Shown here in pieces: positions 12,388 through 26,621 of a stretch of DNA of 64,000 bases. The DNA is from Octopus vulgaris (lineage: Eukaryota). Location of the stretch: NCBI GenBank assembly GCA_951406725.2, contig OX597827.1, positions 63,302,001 to 63,366,000 of the forward strand, written 5' to 3'. The notes beneath the pieces were generated by a model. That model saw nothing but the letters and a program-made list of their open reading frames with translations. It was not told where the DNA came from and searched no databases. The position numbers were made by a program, and so were the translations under genes. How positions within the stretch are numbered: the first letter of the stretch is position 1; each line of letters opens with the position of its first letter.

Positions 12388-14200
12388 CACTGTGTTACAA
12401 ATTTTCACAAAAGTTTTGGTTCAGTTATTGTTTTGAGTGATTTCAATGCAGAAATTTGTGCTGATTCCAAAAATGTGTCTATTTTTTTCTCTACCATCGA
12501 CCGTTTGCGAGATATATCGAACTATGCTAATATACACATATCCTCATACATCACATATCATCTTATACACATATCATCATACATCTGGAAACTGCCTGTG
12601 TAAACAAAAGCTCTAACATCACTTAATCACAGGTTGTTGCGTGACGTAACTTTTGCTGTTAAACATATTTTTCTACTCTACTAATAAATCATTCATTCCT
12701 AAAGTTTATATTTTATCTCCATTATTCGTATAAAAGTATTCTATGGTTTAAGTGAAAAGACAGTAACGTCACCGCCTTCTGCTACACACAACAGACTCAA
12801 TAGAGACGCCTCTGTGCTCTCGCGTCTACCATAGCTTGTGAAAGGAAGTGATGCGCTCTTTGTCTCTCAGGCATCCATATTTTGTCCGGCGTTCCATTTG
12901 GTTTTGGGGGCTATACCTGTTTGATCACTGTTTGATCACGAGCACTGTAGATTTGCCACTCACATTTCTTTCCTTTTCAGGTTATTATTGTAAACATTGA
13001 ATTTTCCTGATCATGGCTACAAAAGGATGCAGAAATTCATCAGATATATTCTGTTATGTGTGTGGATACTATGCTGAAAAAAAGCATATAACATATAAAA
13101 TTGTGAAAGGTGGTACGTACTGGATTGCTTATAGACTGTATTTTGGAATGAATATGGGTAACCAAAGGAAACAGTGGGCCCCTTCGGTAATATGTGGAAC
13201 TTGTAGATCAAATTTAGGTGGATGATTTAGAGGTGTAAGAAAAGTAATGCCTTTTGCTGTTCCGAGAGTTTGGCAAGAGCCAAAAAGTCATGATTGCTAT
13301 TTTTGCATGGCTGTTATATCAAAGTATAGCAGAGTTAAGGGAAGCAAAGTACTTCTGTATCCCAGCATTCAATCCTCCACTTCACCTGTGCCACATGATG
13401 ATGACTTACCGGAAAGTGATAACCTGCCAAAAAATGTTAGTAAATCTTATCAAAGTGTTAGTAACAAATTCAATTGTAAAATAATCAATATAGAAGTAAT
13501 ATGTGATCACACAGCAAATTATTTTTATTAAGGTTTCAACTATTAAATGCAACCTTTTAATTTTTTTCCAAGTAGAGGATATGATGGAGATCTCAGGAGG
13601 AGAGTCTGACGGTGGCAAAAACCAAGAAATGGATGAAGCATTTGAGCCATGAACGAGTACCCGCCCATACTTTCTAAATCAATGTGAATCGGATGATCTC
13701 ATAACGGTCTTGGGTCTCACTAAGTCAGAAGCTTAGCTTTTAGCATCCAGGCTGAATGAATGGAATCTCTTGGGGAAGGACTGCAGATTAACAGTATACA
13801 GGAGGCACCACGAGGAATTCGAAGTATACTTTGACATAAGTGAGGATCTCTGCTTCTGCAAAGATATAAATGGCGTGTTTACTGCTATTGGAATTGATCA
13901 CATTTCTGAAGAATGGCGACTTTTCATAGATAGCTCAACAAAAAGTCACAAAGCCGTTTCATTACACAATAGAAATCAGCATCCATCCGTTCCTATTGTA
14001 TACACGGTACAGATGAAGGAAGAATATGACAATCTAAAAGAGATTCTCGAGAAAGTAAACTATAAATTTAAATGGGAGGTTTGTGGTGACTTTAAAATGC
14101 TTGCCTTCTCACTTGGATTACAGGGTAGGTACACCAAGTACTCGTGTTTTCTTTGCCTATGGGACAGTAAGCTGATCATAAACATTACCAGAAAGTTGAG
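12388..14200 (+). mobile_element. Chapaev3-like (CMC) DNA transposon relic, 3' truncated
   Basis: Left end CACTGTGTTACAAA..GTGCTGATTCCAAAAAT; transposase fragments CYVCG..AYRLYFG..WAPSVICGTC, MPFAVPRVWQEP..DCYFC, WRLFIDSS..LHN, VCGDFK..LGLQGRYTKYSCFLCLWDS; stops, frameshifts and a probable intron at about 13436-13576. Confidence 0.75.
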
Positions 14201-14229
14201 TTATCATTATTATTATTATTATTATTATA

Positions 14230-14276
<47 letters not shown>

Positions 14277-14281
<5 letters not shown>

Positions 14282-14353
14282 TCACTGCCTGGAATCGAAC
14301 TCGGAATCTTGGGGTTAGTAGCCCGCGCTCTTAACCACTACGCCATATGCCCG
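14277..14353 (-). mobile_element. tRNA-derived SINE head (same family as 300-370) followed by (AAT)n
   Basis: GGGCATATGGCGTAGTGGTTAAGAGCGCGGGCTACTAACCCCAAGATTCCGAGTTCGATTCCAGGCAGTGACC; A and B boxes intact; no HHR tail in this copy. Confidence 0.8.
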
Positions 14354-14452
14354 TGGCATGTATGTGTACATAGATAAATATCTATGCATTTATGTATATA
14401 CATATACATATATGTGCATATGCATATATATATATATATATATACATATATA

Positions 14453-14864
14453 GGCGTAGGAGTGGCTGTGTGGTAAGTAGCTTGCTAACCAACCACATGG
14501 TTCCGGGTTCAGTCCCACTACGTGGCATCTTGGGCAAGTGTCTTCTGCTATAGCCCCGGGCCGACCAATGCCTTGTGAGTGGATTTGGTAGACGGAAACT
14601 GAAAGAAGCCTGTCGTATATATGTATATATATATAAGTGTGTGTGTATATGTTTGTGTGTCTGTGTTTGTCCCCCTAGCATTGCTTGACAACCGATGCTG
14701 GTGTGTTTACGTCCCCGTTACTTAGCGGTTTGGCAAAAGAGACCGATAGAATAAGTACTGGGCTTACAAAGAATAAGTCCGGGGGTCGAGTTGCTCGACT
14801 AAAGGCGGTGTTCTAGCATGGCCGCAGTCAAATGACTGACAAGTAAAAGAGTAGAAGAGTAAAA
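14453..14864 (+). mobile_element. SINE family A, full length
   Basis: GGCGTAGGAGTGGCTGTGTGGTAAG..GGTTCAGTCCC head and GAGTAAAA tail. Confidence 0.88.
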
Positions 14865-14880
14865 GTGTATATATATGGTG

Positions 14881-15415
<535 letters not shown>

Positions 15416-15973
15416 ATGTATACGGGGACACACGTAAATTGTTTTCATATCTTTCATTTTTTCACGGTTACTAGATTAAAATTTACTCTTGGTGGTGTAC
15501 TTTCATACTATTGGGGTTTCAGTCAATCATAACCAACTTCGAAGCAAGCTAAAATTATATTAATTTTACAGGTCTGTATTTATCTGTATTTATCGAATAC
15601 TTTAATTTGATTTCGAATAAAGTGAGGTAACTAAGTGCAAAAATATTGCAAATTATATTTGCTTGACATACTAATAAAACACTTGCACACACACACACAC
15701 ATATATATAGAGAGAGGGGGTACACGAGCTAGTGAGTGTGAGCGCGTGTGTGTGCATGTATGTACTCTGTGTGTATGTTTGTGTTTGTGTATGTGCGTGT
15801 GCAAAAGCGAGTTTCCCACAGTTTCCAATTACCAGATTTTACTCACCTGGTAGGAACCAATCGAAGAGTAAGGGGTGGGGGGAAATAGAAGAAAATATTT
15901 GCATATGATGCCCCGCAGTGAGAGCCAGCTCATAGGTGCGGAGCGAATATCTTCATCTGAACGTATATGAATG

Positions 15974-16069
<96 letters not shown>

Positions 16070-16108
16070 TATATATGTATATATATATACATATATATGA
16101 TTGTATGG

Positions 16109-16148
<40 letters not shown>

Positions 16149-16173
16149 GTATGTATATATATAAAGGGTAAAG

Positions 16174-16504
16174 ACCCCCTTCGGTCATGAATGACCATGG
16201 GATTGCACCTAGAAAGTTACCCTCCTAGACACAAGTCTGGCCAAGGTTGTTTATGGAAGACCAGCAGTCGCCCATGCATACCAGCCTCCTCTCCACGCCA
16301 CCAGTGTTATCCAAGGGAAAGACAAAGGTCGATACAGCTTGGCACCAGTGACGTCGCAACTCATTTCTACAGCTGGGTGAACTGGAGCAACGTGAAAATA
16401 AAGTGCTTTGCTCAAGAACACAACACGCAGCCTGGACCGGGATTCGAGCTCACAACCTCACGATCGTAAGCTCGACGCTCTAACCACTGAGCCATGCGCC
16501 TTCA
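16174..16504 (-). mobile_element. SINE family B
   Basis: High similarity to 14881-15219. Confidence 0.85.
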
Positions 16505-16520
16505 CACATATATTCATATA

Positions 16521-16781
<261 letters not shown>

Positions 16782-17587
16782 TTATACATATGCTATTTCA
16801 AATATGTATACATGTTATATGTAAAAACATGTGTATGTGTTTGTGGGTGTGTGCATGTGTACATGTATATATATTACCATATATATATACATGTATGCAT
16901 GTATATATATTGTAATATTTTTAACATGAGTGTGCATTGTAGTGAAAACGTATTTGTGTATGCATCTGTGATTGCCGTTTTTGTAAGGAAAGATGGGAAT
17001 TTTTTATGTTTGAGAGAGAGTGACAGAGAGAAAGAGAGAGAGATATAAAGAGATAGAGAAAGAAAGATAGAGAGAGAGAGAGAGAAAGAGAGATTGTTTC
17101 ATACTTAGTTACTTCATAGTATTAATAATTAAAATTCATCAGCAGAATCTTATTAATCTATTTCTTTCTTTAAAATAAAGATAAAATAATCATAACATTT
17201 CATATACCTATTTTGATCTAACTTGGATATCATCAGTTTTGTGTCGATGTTAACATTATTTATGGGAATCATGTGATATAGTTTTGTTTTTGCATCGGAA
17301 ATAGTTGTAAGAAAGAAGAGAGAGAGACATAGAGATAGAGATAGAGAGAAGTGGAGAAAGAGAAACAGAGAAAGATTTATTTTGAAAATCAAAATTGAAG
17401 TTTTTACAAAGATTATCATGATTCTTATTCTTATACAGGTCTCCAGGTCTGTTGTTTACCTTTTTCTGTTTTGGACTCAGCTTCAAACCAACGTTGTGTG
17501 ACATATGAATACAAGACATGAGAATAGATTTCAATACCGGCATCTCCTCTAACATTATTAAGCCCAATATTCTTCTCTTTGTTATTA

Positions 17588-17636
<49 letters not shown>

Positions 17637-17646
17637 TATTATTATT

Positions 17647-17679
<33 letters not shown>

Positions 17680-18270
17680 ATTTCTTTCTTTCTTCAAATT
17701 TTCTTTCATTTCTCGCCGAGTGTTTTCCGTACACCTAGAGCAGAGAAGCTCATTGTATGCATTCCCAGATTACACACGCAAATTCACATATAAGATATGT
17801 ATTTAATAAATAAATAAGTAAATAAATAAATTCATGAATGGATGTTGTTTTCACAGCGATAATGCTCTTCTCAGTACATGAGCCGTTCCAGTTAACACAA
17901 TTTTTCGTACTTCCTGTAGGGATGGTAAGTCTGGTATTATTTTCAGATAGGTTTCAGTACCTTTTTTTTATCATTCCTAGAGATCCTACAATCACTGGTA
18001 CTGTAACCGCCTTAAGATGCCACATTTTTTCAATTTCTATTAGCAAATTTTTTATATTTACTGATCTTGTCAAATTCTTTCGCCTCTATATTGTGATCAC
18101 AAGGAATACTCATGTCAATTAATAAACACATCCTTTTTGTCTGATCTTTTATATTATCTGGTTTATCAGTTTTATAGTCCTGTCGGTCTGCACGGGGAAG
18201 TCCCATAGAATCGACACATTTTCTCCCTCAGTCACAGCTTCAGGATGTTGTTTATACCATTTGTCAGCGG
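17680..18270 (-). pseudogene. R4/Dong-like 3' end (RLE C-terminus and 3'UTR) abutting (TAA/CAA)n
   Basis: EIEKMWHLKAVTVPVIVGSLGMIKKG..KIVLTGTAHVLRRALS; a related 3'UTR piece lies at about 10575-10635. Confidence 0.8.
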
Positions 18271-18578
18271 GATTCAGGTTCGTGCTTATTTCGGGTAGAA
18301 TTTATATGGCAGCGGGCTAGTACATGTAACCTTAGGTATCCATCAGCTTTCTATAGTCTTTCAAGTGCTTAAGACCCTCCCGATAACCTTTCCTGTCCCG
18401 AAGAGGCAAACTTTGTTTTGTTTTTTGTTTTTTGTTTTTGTTTTGTAGAATCTCTATAGGACATTCAACTCCAATCTCCTTCAATCATTTCTCTATATCC
18501 TTGCTTACAGTTCCCGCGGCACCACTTATTATTAGGCGCAACATTTACACTATTCATATATTGCTTTTGTTGTTATCA

Positions 18579-18970
18579 GGCGGCGAGCTGACAGAGACGT
18601 TAGCACGCCGGGCGTAACGCTTAGTGGTATTTCATCTGACGCTACGTTCGGAGTTCAAATTCCGCCGAGGTCGACTTTGCCTTTCATCCTTTCGGGGTCG
18701 ATTAAATAAGTACCAGTTACGCACTGGGGTCGATATAATCGACTTAATCCCTTTGTCTGTCCCTGTTTGTCCCCTCTGTGTTTAGCCCCTTGTGGGTAGT
18801 AAAGAAATAGGTATTTCGCCTGCGGCTACGTCTTGAGTTCAAATTCTGCCGAGGTCGACTTTGCCTTTCGGGGTTGATAAATTAAGTACCAGTTGCGTAC
18901 TGGGGTCGATTTAATCGACTGTCCCCCTCCCTCAAAAATTTCGGGCCTTATGCCTAGAGTAGAACAGATT
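18579..18970 (+). mobile_element. SINE family C (tRNA head with Nin/Deu-like domain), tandem dimer
   Basis: GGCGGCGAGCTG..GAGTTCAAATTCCGCCGAGGTCGACTTTGCCTTTCATCCTTTCGGGGTCGA..AGTACCAG; core occurs twice. Confidence 0.8.
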
Positions 18971-19084
18971 ATTATTATTAAAGAAGTTATGTGCTATCAA
19001 CTTAATGTGACAGTCCCATGAAGGAAATAATACTACTGCTATTTAGCACTAGGAAGCAGCACCGCTTGCTGTCAGCCTTCACAT

Positions 19085-19310
19085 ATTTCCTATGTCCTAT
19101 TATTTCTATTATTATTATTGTTATCATTATTCTATTGTTGTCATTATTCTATTATTTTCCATTTCCTCTGTCCTATTATTTCTATTATTATTATTGTTAT
19201 CATTATTCTATTGTTGTCATTATTCTATTATTTCACATTTCCTGTGTCCTTCTATTATTTTTATTATTTTTATTGTTATCATTATAATTATTATTATTGT
19301 TATCATTTAA
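19085..19310. repeat. minisatellite with a unit of about 76 bp, about 3 copies
   Basis: ATTTCCTATGTCCTATTATTTCTATT..TGTTGTCATTATTCTATTATT unit repeated. Confidence 0.7.
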
Positions 19311-19319
19311 CACGCCACA

Positions 19320-21000
19320 CAGTATCCAATATCGTGAGGTTGTTGATTGAAGATACTATGTCCATAGGGGGTTTGTAGCGTCTGTCAAGTCAAGACAAGA
19401 AACTCAGATAGACAGTACTTTACGCAATATGCGCACGATTCCAAGTAATGCCGATTTTGCAATACATCTAGATTGTAGTGTGTTTCTAAAGTTTCCAGAT
19501 GTTTCTCCAGATTGGGTGGTATTGAACCAAATGCTCCGATGACAACAGTGACAACCTCCATGTTTGACTCTCGTAGCTGCCAGATCTTGGTGATCGCAAT
19601 TCTCAAGTCTCCATATTCATTAATATTTTCTCTTTTTTTTATGATATGTTGATTTCCTGTCACTACCATGTCGATTATTAGGCACTCTTGTTTGTCCCTC
19701 CTAAAGGTCACTATGTCCGCCTTTGGTGCTCTAACGCCTTGACTGTCTGGAAGTCAAAATCCCAGAGGATTTTTGCTCTCCCCTTTTCGTTCATTATCTA
19801 TTCTGGTGTATGTAGCTACCAAGCACCCGTTACCTCATATTCGTACTTCCGGCAGAGTAACCAGTGAAAGTTTTGCGCTACCTTGTGGTGTCCTCGCTTA
19901 TACTCTTTCTGTGCAAGGCTTTCATAAGCACTAAGTATTTGTAAATATATGCCTGATTCAAATCCCCTATCTGTGCTCTTAATAATTACTTTTCCCTCTT
20001 TCAAGATTACCTGTGCATTTCTCGAACCAGAACTTCATTTACGATCTCCAGTTAAAAAAATATTCATGCACGCTCTGTAGCAATAATTCTTGTTTTTGTT
20101 TTATCAGTTGCAACCGACACCTTCATTGTTCCTCTTATGGTACTTAGATCCGAGACCAGATTGATTAAAAAATTAGTATACGATGTTAAGGTAAACAGAA
20201 AAGAAGTGGAGAGATAGACACTTATAGAAATGCTGCCTAGTTTTTAAAGAAAAAGGTTCGAGTTTTATAAGTCCCTCTTTTGCTTGTGTAAGCAGAAGTT
20301 GTCATTTATGCATGGCATGCTTAATATACCTGATTAATATTGAGTGTAAACTTTGGTGTAATCAATAACTATAAGGTACAAGCCTTACATATGGCTAATA
20401 TTTTCAGGTCACACGGGTACAGAACACTATAAAAGGCCTGGTAATCAACTCATGCCATGTTCAAGCTATTTTCGTCCTAAATTCTTTGGTTATTGCTTTG
20501 GTGATCAGTAATTGATCGTTACAACCACATATTTCTTTGCAAAATCAGTTCTTTTCATTTTGTCTTCTACAAGAGACGTCACCCAATTACTTATCTTTCT
20601 ATCAATATTAAGTCAAGGTTTCATAAGCTGTAGGCATTCAGATAATGGATCTGTTGATGTGAAGGTTTGTTGTTTCTTTAGTGTTTTAAGATAGTTTTTA
20701 CTTCCGGTTGACGTTAATTTCTTTCCGGCTTTTTCAATATGTTATTAAACATTTATGCTCACGCTTTTATGCCCACCTCTTAAATATTTCAACCATAATT
20801 TAGGATATATTATTTCCTGAAACATAAATTGTCTATTTCTTTCAGTGATAAATTATCATCTACTGATATTAATAATATCGATCATGTATCACTTCTTTTC
20901 CTGATTGCCTTTGACAACAACATCCTGTCGATTTCCTGTAATCTATTCGTCTGTGCGACTTAGTAGGGCTCTTTGCGATTTTCATAATTCTTTCGTTTCT
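19320..21000 (-). pseudogene. R4/Dong-like retrotransposon relic (RT domains 2-3 and RLE, internally deleted)
   Basis: GCNDQLLITKAI..LNMA*VDY at about 20430-20540; LAQKEYKRGHHKVAQNFHW and CLIIDMVV..YGDLRIAI..VVIGAFG at 19385-19950. Confidence 0.75.
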
Positions 21001-21212
21001 TTGTTTGAATCTGTAAAATTACTTTCCATTTACTGAAGTTATATTTCATTTGCCTACCCTGTCTTTCGTGCTACCTCATGGTTAATATTACTAGAAACTA
21101 CGAACGAGGAGAACGCATTGTCAAGGTCCGTCTGTTAATCAATCCATAACGCTCAGAAACCCCTCCGTCTCTTTATACTCTTCAATTGTAGCATTGTTGG
21201 TAAGTCAAAGTA

Positions 21213-21771
21213 TTGGGTTGTCCGAAAAGTTCGTGCCGATTTATAGTAGCTTACATTTCGACCTATTTTAGAACATGGTTGAGTCCATAAAATAGGATTT
21301 GACCACACCTCCATTTAGAGCACAGTTTAAGCTATCTTTTCGTGGAGGAAGGTGTATGTTCCTATAACCTGTGTTAATTCTGTAACCCTTTAAAATGGAA
21401 GACAAGAAAGTTCCTTTTCGGCACTTTGGGAACCAGACAAAAATTGCTGCAGCTCGACTGGGATGAGTTACCCCACCTTCCATATTCACCAGATAGTGCT
21501 TCTTTGGATTTCCACTTATTCAGGTATCTGCAGAATAGTCTTAGCGGTAAAAATTTCAATTCCTTGGATGACGTAAAAAGATACTTTGGTGAATTCTTTG
21601 CCATGAAACCACCTCAATTCTGGAAAGAGGGTATTTTCAAGTTAAAGGAAAGATGGAGACGCATTGTGCAACAAAATGGTTCGTATTTGGTTGATTAAAA
21701 ATGTAATGGCAAGTATTTATTGACCTTTTTCTTTCCTTTAAAAATTGGCACGAACTTTCCGGACAACCCAA
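21213..21771 (+). mobile_element. internally deleted mariner transposon
   Basis: TIRs TTGGGTTGTCCG(A/G)AAAGTTCGTGCC with TA on both sides; transposase C-terminus LPHLPYSPDSASLDFHLF..GIFKLKERW. Confidence 0.92.
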
Positions 21772-21859
21772 TAAATGCAAGCATAGTAGTGTAGCAAGTG
21801 TATGCATAACCTTCTTGTCAACTGACATCAGTATCTCAAATTAGTAGAATACTCTTTCT

Positions 21860-22720
21860 CTGAAGAAAGGTGCTGCTCAGTATAGTTTCTCTTAGTAGCG
21901 ATGCATTTGCCCCATCGTTGAACCCAGTTATGAATCCCCTTTGAAAAACTTAAATATGCACTGTCGTACAACAAATATTGAACCATTTTCACCTTTACTA
22001 TGTGATCAAATCTTGTCCTCGAATTTCGTCCTTCACTGAGCCGAATAGGAGGAAATTGTGAGATACAAAACCCCAGGTTGTACAGTGAGTGTGAAGCCAC
22101 TGGCCAGCTCGATTTGCTGATAGCCTGCTTTTTCGCCAAAGATTACCTGACTGTATATTGTCATAGTGAATGGGAATCGTTTCCAAACTTTTGTTCGGCG
22201 CTTTCCTCCTAATGGTTTCTGAAAGTACTTTCAAGTATTTCAATGTACCCTTCGTGGTTAACGACACAGCCACATTTCAGAAATTCAAAGAGAATATAAT
22301 CCAAATCATCCCACAAGCAGTCGAGGTAGTTTTCTGTACAAATCAATGATTCTTGAAATTCTTAGTTCTTGGAGAAGAGGGGAGCCGCCATTCCATGGAC
22401 TGAGCCTCTTGGATAATAAAAAACATTCACGCGTTTTGTTCTCTATCACGAAACCTGCAACAGAAACCTAGCTTCATTGGTTTTAAACGCCTTCAGTATT
22501 ACAAAGAAGACTTCCACATCCAACCTTCATTCCTAGAAATCGATTGTCAACTCCCAAGGTATCCATTTTGTACACACCATTCAGTATCAAAGGTCTTCCA
22601 TCATATTCTGTAATGCATTGTGGACGCAGTCCAGTTGCGCGGCGAGTTTGCGGTTTATGACTCATCTGTCTGCACGAATCGATTTGTCCATTCACTGAGG
22701 ATTCGTATAAGTGGTCAGAG
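21860..22720 (-). pseudogene. degraded mariner transposase
   Basis: Fragments IHYDN, FLLFGSVKDEIRGQ and GIHNWVQRWGKCIATKRNYTE; TIRs not identified. Confidence 0.7.
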
Positions 22721-23171
22721 TTGATGGTCTCCAGCTGCAGCTATTATTTTCTAACTGGCATATATTTTGAATCCACGTACGAAATTTTCTTAGAAATGAT
22801 TTTTAAAATACAATCTTCAATTACAGCGTTTTGTATATGCTGTCTGTATAGTATTGTCCAAGAAAAACTAAAGGTGTGCGTGTGGATGTGAGTGTAATCT
22901 ATTAATCTAAGTCTTCCTTTTTTCTATACATGCATACATACAGACAGACAGACAGACACAGACTAGCGACGTCCTAACCTTTCTAGGCGTTCAAGTTGTT
23001 TAGCGAAGGTCTTAATGGACTAGAAAGTCGTAGGTGTGAAGCGTTGCTACATGCGTAGGACTTTCTAAAGTCTAAAATAATTTTACTCTACATCTTCAAA
23101 TGTATTTAAGACGTCTTTACTGGATGGCTATTCTGGTCTTCTTAATCTTCGGATAAAGAAGGCAAGCCCCG

Positions 23172-23239
<68 letters not shown>

Positions 23240-23433
23240 TGTGTGTGCGTGCGCGTGCGTGTGTGTGTGTGTGTGTGTCTGTGTCTGTGTGTGTGTGTGT
23301 GTGTGTGTATAATTTAGAGAAAAATACCTCTGTTAAACAATTAAAAAATGAAAGATATTATTTACAACATATAGAAAAACTCTTATATATTTGCAAAGCA
23401 AGCCTTGCCTTTCATCGTGACCTGGTGGTTACC

Positions 23434-23477
23434 GCCCGTTGATAAGAGACAATAATCTCGAAACCGCGGTCCGGTGC
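23434..23477 (+). ncRNA. degenerate type I hammerhead
   Basis: gcccg-TTGATAA-gaga caataa tctc-GAAA-ccgcgg-TC-cggtgc. Confidence 0.55.
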
Positions 23478-23806
23478 GTATCACTAAGGCTTACGAGGAA
23501 GGGATGGCTTCCCCTTGCAAATACCTGAAGGGCACGAAAAGTGTGTCTAAAGCCAGCTGGAGACGTCGATCTCCTGGGGCTAAAAGCTACAGTAACACCC
23601 CCACTTTGTGGTTAGCCATATTGAGATGGCTTTATACTTTACGTTGTTGAGCGGTTACTGTTTACATCTCGCTCTGAGATTTAATAATACTATAAAAACC
23701 TTATTCTAAAAAACAATAAAGTACAAAAATAGTAAATAGTAGTAAAAAGACCACACGCGTTCCCTATAAGTTTTGGAATTATATTGCCTACTATTATTAT
23801 TATTAT

Positions 23807-24269
<463 letters not shown>

Positions 24270-24364
24270 CAAATAAAAAAAAAGGAAAATGCACACAGTT
24301 TACATAGTTTTAATACATATTTTAAAATATATTTTATAAGTGAAAGCGTATTGTGTTTGTCGAC

Positions 24365-25045
24365 AGGATAATTCCATCATCTATAAGTGAGGGTTGATAT
24401 TGTCTCTCAGTTAGTGTTGTTCTGAGGTCTTGAAGATGGAGGTTCCGAGTATTTCCATCAGACGCTATTGTGCAGACCCTTTTCGCTAAATTAAAGGGGA
24501 TATTTCTTTTGATGTATTTCGGGTGGCATGAGCTAAGGAGAAGATATTGCTTCGAGTCCGTGGGTTAACGATACGAGTCAATTACAATTAGGTTGTTGAA
24601 TTTTTTTATCGTAATGTCTAAGAAAGGGAGCTGCTCTTTGCTATATTCCATAGTAAATTGAATGTTAGGGTTTATATTGTTTAGTATTGATTTAAATTCC
24701 AAAAGTTTATCAATGGTCTCATTACAAATGATAAAGCAGTCATTCAGATACCTTTTCCAGTTTTCTCTTATATAATGGTGAAATGGATATCAATATTTTT
24801 GAAGTGTCACTTCAAATCTGGTGAATTCAAAATATCTCACTATTAGGTTTGCAAGAACAGGGGGCTGCTTTCGTTCCCATCGCAATTCCGGTTTCTTTCA
24901 AGACGATAGCAGGTGTCATCAAATAGGAAATAATTGTTCTGAAGCATAAATTTTAAAGATTCAATAATAAAAAACCTGGTTTATGCGTTCTGGAAGTTCT
25001 TCGAGGTTACTTTTCCAGCCAGAATGTTATTGCTTCTATTCCAAT
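24365..25045 (-). pseudogene. Penelope-like RT fragment
   Basis: GIAMGTKAAP..ENWKRYLNDCFII..NINPNIQFTMEYSKEQLP..SCHPKYIKRNIPFNLAKRVCTI; homologous to the 3367 ORF. Confidence 0.88.
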
Positions 25046-25053
25046 AAAAGAAG

Positions 25054-25135
<82 letters not shown>

Positions 25136-25138
<3 letters not shown>

Positions 25139-25892
25139 AAAAGTTGGTTTGTGAAAGCACGTGGGTGAATATATAGAAAAAAGTAAAGAGTGAAAAAACT
25201 ACAGAAGGCTTAAATGTTAAAAAATATATATATTTGCGTCAATATGTCTGAAGAATATTAGAAAATTTTTTTAAAAATTTTTTTCTCTTATAATGACATA
25301 ATTTAAAAGAAAGACCGGTTTCGCGTGTAGCTTTTCAAATTTCTTGCGACGTTATGTTTATGTTGAATAGAGTTTTCGTTATGTTTATGTTCAGGAGAGT
25401 TCTAAATAAGGGAAGGTAGTGAGTGGTTTCTTCCGGTGTAAGGGAGATAATCGCTTAAATTTTTTTTTCCTTTCCATTTTACCAATGTGCTTTCGGATCA
25501 TCAACACAAATTAGAATAAACAAGGAAACATTCTTCATTGAAAAATACAAGCTCAGACTCAACCATCCGAACATACTGATACAGAGAAATTCACACCAAG
25601 GGAAAGGAAAAAAATTTTAAGCGATTATCTCCCTTACACCGGAAGAAACCACTCACTACCTTACCTTATTTAGAACTCTCCTGAACATAAACATAATGAA
25701 AACTCTATTCAACATAAACATAACGTCGCAAGAAATTTGAAAAGCTACACGCGAAACCGGTCTTTCTTTAAAATTATGTCATTATAAGAGAAAAAAATTT
25801 TTTAAAAAAATTTTCTAATATTCTTCAGACATATTGACGCAAATATATATATTTTTTAACATTTAAGCCTTCTGTAGTTTTTTCACTCTTTA

Positions 25893-25897
<5 letters not shown>
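25136..25897 (+). mobile_element. 5'-truncated PLE insertion with an inverted pseudo-LTR
   Basis: Inverted arms of about 297 bp (25179-25475 and 25601-25897); spacer encodes the GIY-YIG C-terminus (FYQC..TQIRINKETFFIEKYK); degenerate HHR aagaaa-TTTGAAAA-gc..gc-GAAA-ccgg-TC-tttctt at 25730-25768. Confidence 0.85.
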
Positions 25898-25973
<76 letters not shown>

Positions 25974-25974
25974 A

Positions 25975-26035
<61 letters not shown>

Positions 26036-26036
<1 letters not shown>

Positions 26037-26260
26037 TTTATTTTAAGCAGCAGAAAATTCAACAAAATCTGTTACTCTGAGTTTCTCGTTGCCGTTCATC
26101 AGACAGTTTTTGCTAGAACTGTCTGATGAACGGCAACGAGAAACTCAGAGTAACAGATTTTGTTGAATTTTCTGCTGCTTAAAATAAAGCATATTACTCT
26201 ACCACTGGTATTTGAGTACTCTTTTTTCCACCTTGTTTCACATTTATGTGTTTACTCCGG
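26036..26260 (+). mobile_element. HHR-bearing pseudo-LTR end with a perfect 73-bp inverted duplication
   Basis: Arms at 26036-26108 and 26117-26189 with an 8-nt spacer, set in (TA)n. Confidence 0.8.
26119..26156 (+). ncRNA. minimal type I hammerhead ribozyme (mirror copy on the minus strand at 26069-26106)
   Basis: ctgt-CTGATGA-a cg gcaa cg a-GAAA-ctcagag-TA-acag; GUA triplet. Confidence 0.7.
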
Positions 26261-26588
26261 TATATATATATATATATATATACATATATATATACATATA
26301 TATATAAAATATAAAAGAACATATAAAACAAAAGAATATATTTTAATTCGTGATCACATACCCATCACTGTACATATTTCATCTCACTACTTTAGCATTT
26401 GAGTTTTTGTATATTCATTCATCTCTCCACCCTCCAAAAAATAAGCAATTAACTCCACTGTCCCGAATAATAACGATCACCAATTACCTTCCCTTGGATT
26501 TTTCTACTTGTTGATTCATTCACAAACTTCCATGCAAGAACATGGACTAAAATCTTCATAAGGAAATACGAAATTACAATAATTTCAA

Positions 26589-26621
26589 TGTCATGATTAG
26601 CGAAAGCGAAACCGGTCGATA
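26589..26621 (+). ncRNA. degenerate minimal hammerhead
   Basis: tgtc-ATGATTA-gc gaaa gc-GAAA-ccgg-TC-gata. Confidence 0.5.

Noticed and set aside
14277-14353. tRNA gene
   Set aside because: A/B boxes are present but the acceptor stem does not pair properly and the sequence is a multi-copy SINE head
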